This document shows positions 37,031-48,050 of a stretch of DNA of 64,000 bases, in pieces (the stretch's first letter is position 1; each line of letters opens with the position of its first letter). The notes beneath the pieces were generated by a model. That model worked only from the letters and a program-made list of their open reading frames with translations. It had not been told where the DNA came from and made no database searches. The stretch is from assembly GCA_024679065.1 (NCBI GenBank), contig JAGIQG010000009.1:110298001-110362000 (forward strand), read 5' to 3'. The position numbers and the translations under genes are program-made. This DNA is from Sphyrna mokarran. Its lineage: Eukaryota.

Positions 37031-38426
37031 CTCAGTAAAGTTTGACAACACCAATTTTAAATCCAACTGATTTATTTGATAGTAAATCCATGAGCTTTCG
37101 GCCTTTGTGGCCTTCGTCAGGCGAATGAAGTGTTCTAGTCTCCAAAAGCACACATATCAGCATAGACAGTTTACAGATTGCTGATTAGAATGCGAATCCT
37201 TACACCTAACGTGCTATTCAAGTCTTAAAGTGGCTAACAGCAGAGGTTAGAGAAATGTGTATTGTCTCCAGACAGTACAGTAAGTGAGGTTTTTTGCTAA
37301 CTCAGGCAAGTCATGGGGGTTACAGATAGTGTGACATGAAGCCAAGATCCCTGTTAATACCGTCCTCGTGTGCGGAACTTGGCTATCAGTCTCTGCTCAG
37401 CGACTCTGCGCTGTCGTGTGTCATGAAGGCCCCCTTGAAGAACATTTACCCGAAGGTCGGAGGCCGAATGCCCGTGACTGCTGAAGTGTTTGCCCACAGG
37501 AAGGGAACTGTTTTGCTTGGTGATTGTTGAGTGATGTTCATTCATCCGCTGTCGTAGTGTCTGCATGGCCTCCCCAATGTACCATGCTTCGGGACATCCT
37601 TTCTTGCAACATATTAGGTGGACAACGTTGGCCAAGTTGCAAGAGTATGTACCATGTACCTGGTGAATGGTAGTCTCACGTTTGACGATGTCGTCCATGT
37701 CAATAATCTGGCATGTCTTGCAGAGGTTGCTGTGGCAGGGTTGTGTGGTATTGTGGTCCCTGTTCTCCTGAAGGTTGGGTAGTTTGCTGTGAACAATGAT
37801 CAGTTTGAGGTTGCGTGGTTGTCTGAAAGCAAGAAGTGGGGGGTGGGGATGGCCCTAGCGAGATGTTCATTGTCATCAATGATATGTTGAAGACTCCGGA
37901 GAAGATGTCATAGCTTCTCCGCTCCGGGAAGACTTCAGCAGTCACGGGCATTTGGCCTCCGACCTTCGGGTAAATGTTCTTCAAGGGGCCCTTCACGACA
38001 CATGACAGCGCAGAGTCGCTGAGCAGAGACTGATAGCCAAGTTCCACACACGTGAGGACAGTCTTAACAGGGATCTTGGCTTCATGTCACACTGTCTGTA
38101 ACCCCCATGACTTGCCTGGGTTAGCAAAAAACCTCACTTACTGTGCTGTCTGGAGACAATACACATTTCTCTAACCTCTGCCGTTAGCCACTTTAAGACT
38201 TGAGTAGCAGGTTAGGTGTAAGGATTCGCATTCTAATCAGCAATCTGTAAACTGTCTGTGCTGATATGTGTGCTTTTGGAAACCAGAACACCTCATTCGC
38301 CTGACGAAGGCCACAAAGACTGAAAGCTCATGGATTTACTATCAAATAAATCGGTTGGATTTAAAATTGGTGTTGTCAAACTTTACTGAGTTTACCCTAA
38401 TTCAACGCCGGCATCTCTACATCATG
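37031..38426. mobile_element. Penelope-like element with inverted pseudo-LTR arms (37031-37487 / 37932-38390), GIY-YIG fragment on the - strand, tail 38391-38426
   Basis: ~457-bp inverted arms; ORF 37354-37698(-) has VVHLICCKKGCPEAWYIGE..LRQRMNEH (PLE GIY-YIG); TSD ccctaatcatctc at 37021-37033 and 38428-38440. Confidence 0.93.
37092..37120 (-). ncRNA. Minimal hammerhead ribozyme core; partner copy at 38301-38329 (+) with damaged stem II
   Basis: - strand reads attcgc CUGACGA A GGCC acaaa GGCC GAAA GC UC atggat; stem I pairs at 5 of 6 positions including GU pairs. Confidence 0.65.
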
Positions 38427-39815
38427 ACCCTAATCATCTCCCCAGTGAATCTCTCCCTGATCCCTAATCATCTCCCCAGTGAGTCTCTGATACCTAACCA
38501 TCTCTCCAGTGAGTCTCTCCCTCCAGTCCCTAACCATCTCTCCAGTGAGTCTCTCCCTCCAGTCCCTAACCATCTCTCCAGTGAGTGTCTCCCTCCAGTC
38601 CCTAACCATCTCTCCAGTGAGTGTCTCCCTCCAGTCCCTAACCATCTCTCCAGTGAGTGTCTCCCTCCAGTCCCTAACCATCTCTCCAGTGAGTCTCTCC
38701 CTCCAGTCCCTAACCATCTCTCCAGTGAGTCTCTCCCTCCAGTCCCTAACCATCTCTCCAGTGAGTCTCTCCCTCCAGTCCCTAACCATCTCTCCAGTGA
38801 GTCTCTTCCCCCCAATCCCTAACTATCTCCCAAGTGTGTCTCTTCCCAATCCCTAAGTATCGTCCCAGTGAGTCTCTCCCCAGATCCCTAACTACCTCCC
38901 CACTGAATCTCTCCCCGATCCCTAATCATCTCCCCAGTGAGTCTCTGATCCCTTACCGTCACTTCAGTGAGTCTCTCCAACGATTCATAACCATTTCCCC
39001 AGTGAGTCCCTCCCCCCAATCCCTAACCATCTCCCCAGTGAGCCTTTCCCCCCAGTCCCTAGGTGTTTTTCCAATGAGTCTCTCCAACAATCCCTAACCA
39101 TCTCCCAACTGCGTCTAAGCATCACCCCAGTGAGTCTCTCCCCCCAATCCCTAACCATCTCCCAAGTGTGTCTCTCCCTGATCCCAAACCATTTCCCCAG
39201 CGAGTCTCTCCCCCAATATCTAGGTGGTTCTCCAGTGAGTCTCTCCCTGATCCCTAGGTATTTTCCCAGTGAGTCTCTCCCTGATCCCTAGGTATTTTCC
39301 CAGTGAGTCTCTCCCTGATCCCTAACCATCTCTCAGTGAATAGTGTTTCCATTTATTCATATAAATGGAAACACTACAAGATAGATGAGTAATTTCAGTG
39401 ACAAATTCACTAAGTGATCATTATGGTGGAGTTAAAGGGACTGGTGAGAGTGCACAATGCAAATGTTTTAGTTTGTGTCTCCTACAACTTTAAGTCTATG
39501 TACTTAATTTCTCATCACTATTTGAGACACAAGTACTGTAGATAAGAGAAAGCAGCAGGCTGAAAGCCCCTCACAGGAAAACCACACTTCCTCTCATCCT
39601 CTCTCCCCTCAGTTTCACATCGGTCTTCACTCTTAGTGTCTGGGTTCAATTATACTCTATCGGTCCCTCTAACTTCATTCTGAGAGCTGGGGACAGAACC
39701 CAGGACAAAGTGTGGAACTTAAGAACTCAGAACTTAATTAAGCCCTTCAGTATTGCAGTGACTATCATGGGGGAATTACTGAACTGAATGTGTTTAGCAG
39801 CAACGCAGGAACATT

Positions 39816-39827
39816 GAAACGGAAAGT
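39816..39827 (+). promoter_or_regulatory. IRF/ISRE motif upstream of TRIM A
   Basis: GAAACGGAAAGT ending 47 bp before the ATG, overlapping a 17-bp tandem duplication that adds a GGAAAGT half-site. Confidence 0.55.
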
Positions 39828-39874
39828 GGTTTGAAGCGGAAAGTGGTTTGAAGCAGAAAGTGCTGAGTGTGAAC

Positions 39875-40282
39875 ATGGCTTCCAAACAACACGAGGAGAG
39901 TTGGACTGAAGATACAATTTGCCCTGTTTGTCTTGACTTTTTCATCAACCCAGTTATATTGCAGTGTGGACACAACTTCTGCCGTTCCTGTATCACCCAG
40001 CACTGGGAAAAGAAGAAGGCAAGATGCCCGGAATGTAGACAAAAGGTTCCAGAAATAAATCTCAGATTAAATTGGGCCTTAGCGAATCTGGCAGAGATAG
40101 CTCGACAAGTAATGCTGAAGCGGAAAGGGAAGGAAAGTAAGCTTCACTGTGAGGAACATCAGGAAGAACTGAAGCTGTTTTGTGAAACTGACAAGAAATT
40201 GATCTGTGTGATTTGTAGAGATTCACGGGAACACAAATCTCACAACTTCCTGCCAGTTAAAGAAGCTGTTGAAATCTACAAG
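39875..40282 (+). CDS. TRIM (RING-Bbox-CC-PRY/SPRY, TRIM27/TRIM39-like) copy A, exon 1: RING + B-box2
   Basis: ATG 39875; C3HC4 RING CPVC..CGH..C..C..CPEC and B-box C..H..C..C..C..H..H intact; donor AAG|GTAAAA. Confidence 0.93.
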
Positions 40283-40376
40283 GTAAAAGGGAACAGGTTG
40301 GATCACCTGATTATTTGATCACATTTTCAGGGTTGAACACTTTTTTTTATTCTCTGATTTTCTCTCCTAATCCCAG

Positions 40377-40472
40377 AATCGGGTGAAATCTTCCTTCGAT
40401 TCACTCACAGATAAGAAAACAATGGTTCTAGAAATGGAGCAGCAGCAGAAACAGAAGATTTCCCAAATTAAG
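40377..40472 (+). CDS. TRIM copy A, exon 2 (96 bp, coiled coil)
   Basis: tcccag| ... |gtagag; open frame NRVKSSFDSL...KISQIK; canonical TRIM exon size. Confidence 0.88.
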
Positions 40473-40565
40473 GTAGAGTGTCTCTGAGCTGATTTTTGAA
40501 ATTTGATTTTTTTTTTGTTGCTTTTATTACAGAAACATATTTTTTGCTTTTTTTTCTTCTTCTAG

Positions 40566-40799
40566 AAACAGTCGATCAGTCTGCAGATCCACATCACATC
40601 CGAATTCACTAAAATGCATCAGGTTCTCACTGAGAAAGAGCAGCATTTAATCCGAGATCTCAAGGAAGAAGAGGAAAGAATTCTCAAACCAATGGAGGAA
40701 AATCTTTGTGAAATTCAGGAGAATTTAAATTCTATTCAGGAGAAACTCTCAAAGTTGGAGAAACAGTTGGAACAAAAAGATGTAGTGATATTTCTGAAG
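40566..40799 (+). CDS. TRIM copy A, exon 3 (234 bp, coiled coil)
   Basis: ttctag| ... |gtgagc; ..ITSEFTKMHQVLTEKEQHLIRDLKEEEERIL...VIFLK. Confidence 0.9.
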
Positions 40800-41008
40800 G
40801 TGAGCGATTATTTTTCAGTTTACATCAGTGAAAGTTCACAGTTACAACATGATCCACATGAGCCTCCTCCCATCCTACTTCACTTTCCCGTCAACATATA
40901 ATTCTGTTCCTTTCTCGCTCGTGTTTATCCAGCTTCTCCTTAAATTATCTAAAATGTATCTTTTACCTCAGCGGATGTAGATTCATACTCTGCTTTAGTT
41001 CTGTAGTC

Positions 41009-41322
41009 ATGATGTGGAGATGCTAGTATTGGATTGGGGTAAACACAGTAACAAGTCTCACAACACCAGGTTAAAGTCCAACAGGTTTATTTGGTAGCAC
41101 AAGCCACTAACGTTTGTAGCATTGGACCTTCATCAGTAAGTGGGAGTTCTCTTCACAAACAGGGCATATAAAGACACAAATTCAATTTACAAAATAATGG
41201 TTAGAATGAGAGTCTTTACAGGTAATCAAGTCTTAAAGGTACAACAATGTGAGTGGAGAGAGGGTTAAGTACAGGTTAAAGAGATGTGTATTGTCTCCAG
41301 CCAGGACAGTTAGTGAGATTTT
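41009..41322 (-). mobile_element. Penelope-like element terminal remnant in TRIM A intron 3
   Basis: Same insertion as 51856-52170; internal part deleted; degenerate hammerhead (c ttcatcag on +). Confidence 0.85.
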
Positions 41323-41894
41323 AAAATCTTTTTCCCATCAGAAAAAGGTGAAACAGGGTACATCTGGGGTGCTGAGATTGAAATATTCCACCTTGTGTTA
41401 TGTTTATTGTTCCTATTTCTGGATTCTCTACAGGTGGAAACATTCTACACTGAATCTATCCAACCCCTTTCATCAGTCAGGTCTCTTTTCTACAGTAAAG
41501 TTGATCGATCTTTGCTATTAGTTGAATCCTCTCAGTTGCTGTCAATCTTTTTGATATGTTCTCCATACATTTCAGTAATCTTTGATTTGATTTGACTTAT
41601 TATTGCCACGTGTATTAGTATACAGTGAGGGAATGTCGAGGGGGTACTTGATTATGCTGGCTGCTTTTCCAAGGCAGTGCAAAGTGTAGATAGAATCAGT
41701 GGATGGGAGGGTGGTTTGCTTAATGGATTGGGCTAATATCTGTCTTAATGTTAACATCTGTAACATCCTCTTTCTAATCCAGCAATGAGAATTGACAATT
41801 CTCAGCAGTTTGTAACAACGTGAGTGTCATTTCTGCTTTCTGGGTATAGACAGTCCATCTCTGTTAACTCAGATTTGTGTTTTGTTTATTTCAG

Positions 41895-41917
41895 GAGGAA
41901 GTATCTCGGAAAAGGAG
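41895..41917 (+). CDS. TRIM copy A, exon 4 (23 bp)
   Basis: tttcag|GAGGAAGTATCTCGGAAAAGGAG|gtagga; canonical 23-bp TRIM exon, conserved in copy B. Confidence 0.85.
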
Positions 41918-42014
41918 GTAGGACATGAACTTTATTGAAAATGAATGCCAGTTGGTCAAATCACTCAGGAAAGTGTTTGTTGTCAATTTATAACCAACTC
42001 TTTAATATTTACAG

Positions 42015-42130
42015 GATAACAGATCTGGATAATCAGCTCTCGCTAGTAGATGGTATCCTGCCCACTGGAACATTCAATGGATCTTTACCGTTCCCAGTGT
42101 GGAGAGAAATGTTGGATTCCATTAACCCTG
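42015..42130 (+). CDS. TRIM copy A, exon 5 (116 bp linker)
   Basis: ttacag| ... |gtaaga; ITDLDNQLSLVDG...PVWREMLDSINP; phase 2-1. Confidence 0.88.
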
Positions 42131-43647
42131 GTAAGACTTATAGTTCCTTTATCCTGATTTCTTTGTCTTGATTTGAGTTGGTGGGGATGGCGGCAGGAAG
42201 CGAGTGTTCCGAGGTCCCCCTCACCCTCGTCACATCTGTCTCCAACTCCTTCTTTATATCACAGTGTCTTTAAAAGTGTGACCCTTCCCTTGGAGCTCTC
42301 AAGCAACTATGCATGGTTTGCTGTTCCTGATCCCTATAGAATAAACTCCTCTTCCCAGTCCCTACCCCCACCTGCTGGGTTAACATCAAGGGTGGAAGGA
42401 TGAGGCCTATAACTGGGCATTACTTGCCCACTTAAGTGCCTCAATTCACAGATTGGTGGAAAGACGTCTACGAGAATTCACTCCCATGGATCTATCAGGA
42501 TGGAAGCAGGAAGTTCCCTACATACATTCTCCGAGCTGAATAAAATATCTGCTTAGACACCAGACCTGCCACAGGAGAGAGTATTAAATTTCACCCAGAA
42601 TCTCTCAGTGCCAAGTTACAAAGGAATGTGGCAAAAAATGTCTTTCAATAGAATTAACTTTCATTTACCAAATCCACTTTTTAAACATGATCACCTTGAA
42701 CTGGCCAGCTGAAACTGCTAGCTCCCTAAATATCTTCTACAAATACATGAAGGACAAAAGAGTAACAAGGGAGAGAGTAGGGTCTCCCAAGGATTAGCAA
42801 AGTCATCTAAATGCGGATCTTTATGAGGTGGGTGAGATCCTAAATGAATATTTCTCATCAGGATTTACTTTGAGAGGAACATGGATGTTAGGGAACTTGG
42901 GGAAATAAAACAGTGATGTCTTGAGGAGTGTACATATTATAGAGAAGAAGGTGCTGAAAGTCTTAAAGTGCATCAAGGTAGATAAATCCCCGGGACCTGA
43001 TGAAGTGTATCCTAGGATATTTTGGGAGGCTAGGAGGGAAATTGCGGGTCCCCTAGCCGAGATGTTTGAATGATCGATAGTCATGGATGAGGTGCCTGAA
43101 GATTGGAGAGTGGCAAATGATGTGCGTTTGTTTAAAAAGAGCTGCAGGGAAAACTCTGGGAATTACAGGGCAGTAAGCCTCAAATATGTGGTGGGTAAAT
43201 TGTTGGAAGATATTTTGAGAAACAGGATCTGCAGGCATTTAGAGGTGCAAGGACTTGTCTGTCTTGTGTCCCACATCCTGACTACTGCTCAGAGACCTGG
43301 TATGTAACTCCTATCAGGGATTTCTTTGCAGTTTCTCAACTCTACCTACCCAGATTCTACACTTTTTCACCCAACATCATTTCTTGCTATCGCTTTCATT
43401 TCTTACTAATAGGGCAACGCAGCCCCCTCTGTCAATTTGCCTGTCTTTTTGGTACAGTGTGTATCTTTTGGTATTTAGTTCCCAGTCGTGATCCCCTTGC
43501 AGCCATTTCTCTGTGCTGCCCACAATATCTATCGTACCTGTCAATTTCAATCTGCGCTACAATGTAATTTTTCTCATTTTATATACAGCAAATACAACAT
43601 CCTCCATCCTGTATTAACCACTTTCTTTTTATCGTCGTCCCCTTATC

Positions 43648-44047
43648 TTGAGGTTGTTTTCGTTAGAAAGGAGGCGGCTAAGGGGGGATCTTATTGAAGC
43701 ATATAAGATAATTAGAGGTTTGGATAGGGTGGACAGTGATAGCCTTTTTCCTAGGATGGAGAAAGCTAGCACGAGGGGACACAACTTTAAATTAAGGGGT
43801 ATGAGTTATAGGACGGATATCAGAGGTAGGTTCTTTACTCAAAGAGTGATTAGGGAGTGGAATGCCCTGCCTGCAGCTGTTGTAGATGCGCCAAGTTTGG
43901 TGGCGTTTAAGAGGTTAGTTGATAAGTATATGGATGAGAAGGGAATGGTTTAGTTAGGAGGGGCATTGCTTTTTATTTTGGTCGGCACAACATCGAAGGC
44001 CGAAGGGCCTGTTCTGTGCTGTATTGTTCTATGTTCTATGTTCTATG
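43648..44047 (+). mobile_element. Young CR1 3' end, specific to TRIM A intron 5
   Basis: Open LRLFSLERRRLRGDLIEAYK..FFTQRVIREWNALP; tail (ttctatg)3; absent at the paralogous site ~58904. Confidence 0.9.
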
Positions 44048-44789
44048 TTGTGCCTGAAATCAGATTCCTAATCCTTTCCAAAAACTCTGTCCTATTATTG
44101 CTTCTGGAGGCTTAAATAACCTTTCCTGAGCTCTCCTTCCTTGTAACCTTTTCAATAATTTTTCATGCAGTTGTATCCTATCACGCACACACCCCCCCCC
44201 ACAACCCCGCCAAGCAAACCTGCTGCTTTGTTTCCCATTAACCATTGTACTTATAGTTTTACCCTTCCCTTCCCCCCACTTGTGAGTTTAATCTTGCTAG
44301 TTTTGTCATTGGGTTTCAATGACAATGGTAAATCATGATTATTATTGAGTGTCACGGTGGCGCAGTGTCTCTGTGAGATGCTGTCTCACTGCACCAGGGA
44401 CTCAGGTTCAATACTGGCATTGGATGACTCTGTGGGTTTCATCTGGGTGCTCCGGTTTCTTCCATAATCGGTGCAAACTTGATTGACTGGAGAGCCTCTT
44501 CTGCACTGTAGGAATTCAATCATATCTCTCTGTTGATCCTTATATCTCAGTGATCCCCAGTAAATCTCTATAGAATCCCCGGTGAATCTCTATCAGATCC
44601 TCAGTAAGTCTTGTCACCTGATCTCCAGCAATTCTCTGTTTAATCCCAAATGAGTTATTTTGATCTTTCTCCAGATACTTCCCCAATTACCAAATCTTCT
44701 CTCATGATTCTCCAGCCTGTAGTTCCCTGAACACAAGTTATTTCCTTCCCACTGCCCCAGTGACTCTAATTCTCGGCATTTTTCCCCAG

Positions 44790-45352
44790 TCTGTGTAACA
44801 TTGGATGTGGAAACAGTGAATCCTCACCTCGAAATATCTGAGGATCTGAAGAGTTTGAGACGGACCAGACTTGGGAGGAGCTTTTCCAACAATGTGAAGA
44901 GGTTTACACATTATCACTCTGTACTGGGATCAGAGGGGTTCACTTCGGGAAAATATTACTGGGAAGTGGAGGTGACAGGAAATCGGGGCTGGATTCTGGG
45001 AGTGGCCGCAGCGTCTGTGGAAAGGAAGGGAAGAGTTAAAGTGATGCCAGAGACTGGATTTTGGACCATTGGACAGATTGGTGATCAGTTTTACATGAAT
45101 TCCTCTCCTCCATCCTCTCTTCCTGTCGGTCTGATCCCCAAGAAAGTGGGAGTTTATCTCAATTATGAATCTGGAACAGTTTCATTTTACAATGCAGACA
45201 CCAAGTCTCATCTCCACACCTTCACTGGGAATAAATTCACCCAGAAACTTTATCCTTTCTTCTGGAGTCGGGATGAAAACCAATGGCTGCGAATCTGCTC
45301 CAGTTCTGATGAGGATCTGGAAATGGGTGGGTCCTCGAGGTGGTCACACTGA
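44790..45352 (+). CDS. TRIM copy A, exon 6: PRY-SPRY (B30.2)
   Basis: ccccag| phase 1; VTLDVETVNP..ISED..VLGSEGF.SGKYYWEVEV..; stop 45350-45352. The six exons sum to 1440 bp (479 aa). Confidence 0.94.
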
Positions 45353-45879
45353 CTTGCCCTGTGATTAGGTTCAGGGGCAGAGATCAAGGGTTGGGGGTCA
45401 GAAACCACCATTGACAACAGATTGTTACTAAATGTGTCATTTAATTAACAAATTGTAAAATCCCAACCAGACTGTAAATAAAAACAATATAAATAGAAAT
45501 ATCAGAAGATGAAAATAAAAAGTAAACTAAATATCTTGTGTCTCTTCTTCCTTCATTTATTCCCTGTTCAGTCGGTCAAAGCACCCAGTCCCATCTTTCA
45601 TCTCTTCCCGTTTCTCAGTCTTTAGCTGGGATTGCTTCCTGTTTCCATTTCTCACTTTATTCCCAGAGTGCAGAGCCTAGGGCGGAAATCCAAATTATGA
45701 TAAAGGATGACAATACTGGGAGTCTGGGCATATAATCCTTGTTTTTTAAAATTTTCCATTAAAATTCTGTTGTGTTCATTTCCACAGAGCTTCTCCTCTA
45801 CCCCCTCACTATTCTCTGCTTCTCCCCCAACACTCCCACTGCTAAGAGTGAGTTCCAGACCAAGCTGATGTCCTAGGTT

Positions 45880-46575
45880 AGCCCCACAAATTCCCACTGA
45901 CTATGGCAAGGTCTGCAAGACATCACAGTTTATAAGAAGAAGGCAGGTAAAAATCGCCAGCATCAATATACCCCTCTGCAATGAGATCAATGCATTCTAA
46001 GCCCATTTTGAGCAACAGGTCAAGGACAGCCCTCCCACTACCCTAGAAGCCTAGGCTGAAATTGTATCTGAGGTTACCGTTACAAACATCAGAGCTGTCT
46101 TCCTGAAAGTCAACGCACAGAAAGCGACTGACCAGATGAGAACTTCGATCCTGTGGGAACCACCTGGGAGGTGGTATTTGAAGCCATCTTTAACCTCTCC
46201 CTACACCAATCTGAGTTCCATATCTGTTACAGGATGCCAATCATCATCCTGGTACCAAAATAAACCAGGCAGTATGCCTTAATGACTATTGTCCAGTGAT
46301 TCTGACCTCCGTTATTATGAAGTGCTTCAAAAGGTCAGTCATGGCACAAATCAATTCCAGCCTCCCAGACTGCCTGGATCCATTATAGTTCACCTAGGGG
46401 CCTGAGGCTCAGCTCAGCCCTCTCTGACTGGATCCTGAACTTCCCAACCCACAGATAGCAGTCAGTAAGGATAGGCAACAACACCTCCATTACAATAATC
46501 CTCAACACTGGTGCCCCACAAGGCTGTGTCCTCAGCTCCCTCCTATACTCCTTTTATACCTGTGACTCTGTAGCC
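45880..46575 (+). mobile_element. Rex1/Babar-like LINE RT remnant (duplicate at ~60735-61415)
   Basis: CLNDYCPVILTSVIMKCF and GAPQGCVLSSLLYS motifs. Confidence 0.75.
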
Positions 46576-46855
46576 AGAGTCCCCATCCTCTCTCCACCCA
46601 ATCCCACCACCAACACATCCTCATCTCATCATCCGGGTTCAATTATTCCCTGTCGGTCCTTCTAACCTTGTTTATTTTTCATTCTGCTCTGGGTTTTGTC
46701 TCCAGCTCTCAAAATGGGTGGGATCCAGAGTAAAAAAAACAATAATTTGTTTTTTGACAGCAGTAAATGGCAGGGGGGATTACTAAACTGAATGTATTCA
46801 GCAGCAGTACAGCAACATTGAGACTGAAAGTGGTTTGAATCAGGAAGTGCTGAGC

Positions 46856-48050
46856 ATGAACCTGGCTTCCACACAGCAGGAGAATTGGACCAAGGAGACG
46901 ATTTGTTATATTTTTCTCGATTTCTTCACCAATCCAGTAACACTGCTATGTGACCACAACTTCTGCCGGTCCTGTATCACTCAGTGTTGGGAAAAGGAGG
47001 AGATAAACTCCTATCCAGAATGTAGACAGGAATTTTCTGCAAAGAAACCTCAGGTTAAATCAGACCTTAGCGAATCTGGCTGAGAAAACTCGAAAATTAA
47101 AGCTAAATTGGAAAGAGAAGGCAAGTAAACTTCACTGTGAGGAACATCAGGAAGAACTGAACAAAATATTCATTTTAAGAAACTTAACTGACACATCTTT
47201 GGACACTAAAGGGCAATTTAGCATGGCCAGGCCAACTAACTTGCACATCTTTGGGGTGTGGGAGGAAACACATGCAGACTCCACAGAGACAGTCACCCAG
47301 AATTTAATCTGGGTCCTGAACACTGTGAGACAGCAGTGCTAACCAATGTCCTGTTTGATATTTTTGGAAACTGTGTCCTCCCTCTGTGGAAGTCCAAGGT
47401 GTTTTCTGCTGCTGTCAGGTCCTCATTCCTTACACTCAGAGCGGCCTTTTTATGAAAAGAAAATGCTGAAACCGAGGAGAGAATCTTCCCAATCCAAAAC
47501 AGTGAATCTTTTGAATTCTCTGCTTTTTCTCCCAGTCTCTGTGATACTGGATGTGGAAAACAGCAAATCCCCAGTTTGAGGTGTCTGAGGATCTGAAGAG
47601 TTTGAGATGGACCAGGCCCGAGAGGACTCTCCCTGACAGTGGGAAGAGGTTTAGAAATTGGCACCATGTGCTGCGATCAGAGGAATTCACATCAGCGAGA
47701 TATCACTAAGAGGTAGAGATGATGGAGAATTGGAGTTGGAGTAGCTGCAGAGTCTGGGAAAGGAAGAGAGGAGTCAGTCTGATCCCGGATTTTGTATTAT
47801 TGAGTAGATCAACAATCAGTTTAATATATATTCCTCTCTTCCAATCCTTCTCCTTATCAGTCAGATCCTCAGGAAGGTGGGAATTTATCTCAGTTATGAG
47901 CCTGGAATAGTTTCATTTTACAACGCAGACACCAAGTCCCATCTCCACATTTTTACTGGGAATAAACTCACTGAAAAACTTTATCCCTTCTTCTGTAACT
48001 GTGACAAAGACACTGCTCTGATTTGGATCCAGAAAAGGGGCGAGGCCTAG
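46856..48050 (+). pseudogene. TRIM pseudogene 1 (broken RING, truncated B-box, missing coiled-coil exons, disabled PRY-SPRY)
   Basis: Ancestral ATG->CTG (an alternative ATG lies at 46856); RING cysteines lost (CYIF, YPEC); frameshift ~47040; B-box ends ~47161 at a SINE remnant; PRY-SPRY remnant from 47536 has a frameshift and TAA in the YW motif. Confidence 0.88.

Larger units (their letters stand above)
36375..39340. repeat. ~35-36-bp minisatellite interrupted by the Penelope element
   Basis: Unit ccctaaccatctctccagtgagtctctccctccagt; near-perfect core 38490-38810, degenerate flanks. Confidence 0.93.

Noticed and set aside
38268-39097. Repetitive ORFs on both strands (PVPNHLSSESLP etc.)
   Set aside because: Translation of a 36-bp minisatellite; not a gene.
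36375-39340. Interstitial telomere (CCCTAA)
   Set aside because: Only one hexamer per 36-bp unit; no (CCCTAA)n run.
41100-41140. Hammerhead cores in the TRIM intron 3 Penelope copies (also ~51950-51985)
   Set aside because: The conserved GAAA and/or CUGA boxes are mutated; unlikely to be functional.
46856-47083. Short RING-only protein from pseudogene 1's alternative ATG
   Set aside because: Two zinc-ligand cysteines are lost and a frameshift follows; the ATG is absent in pseudogene 2.
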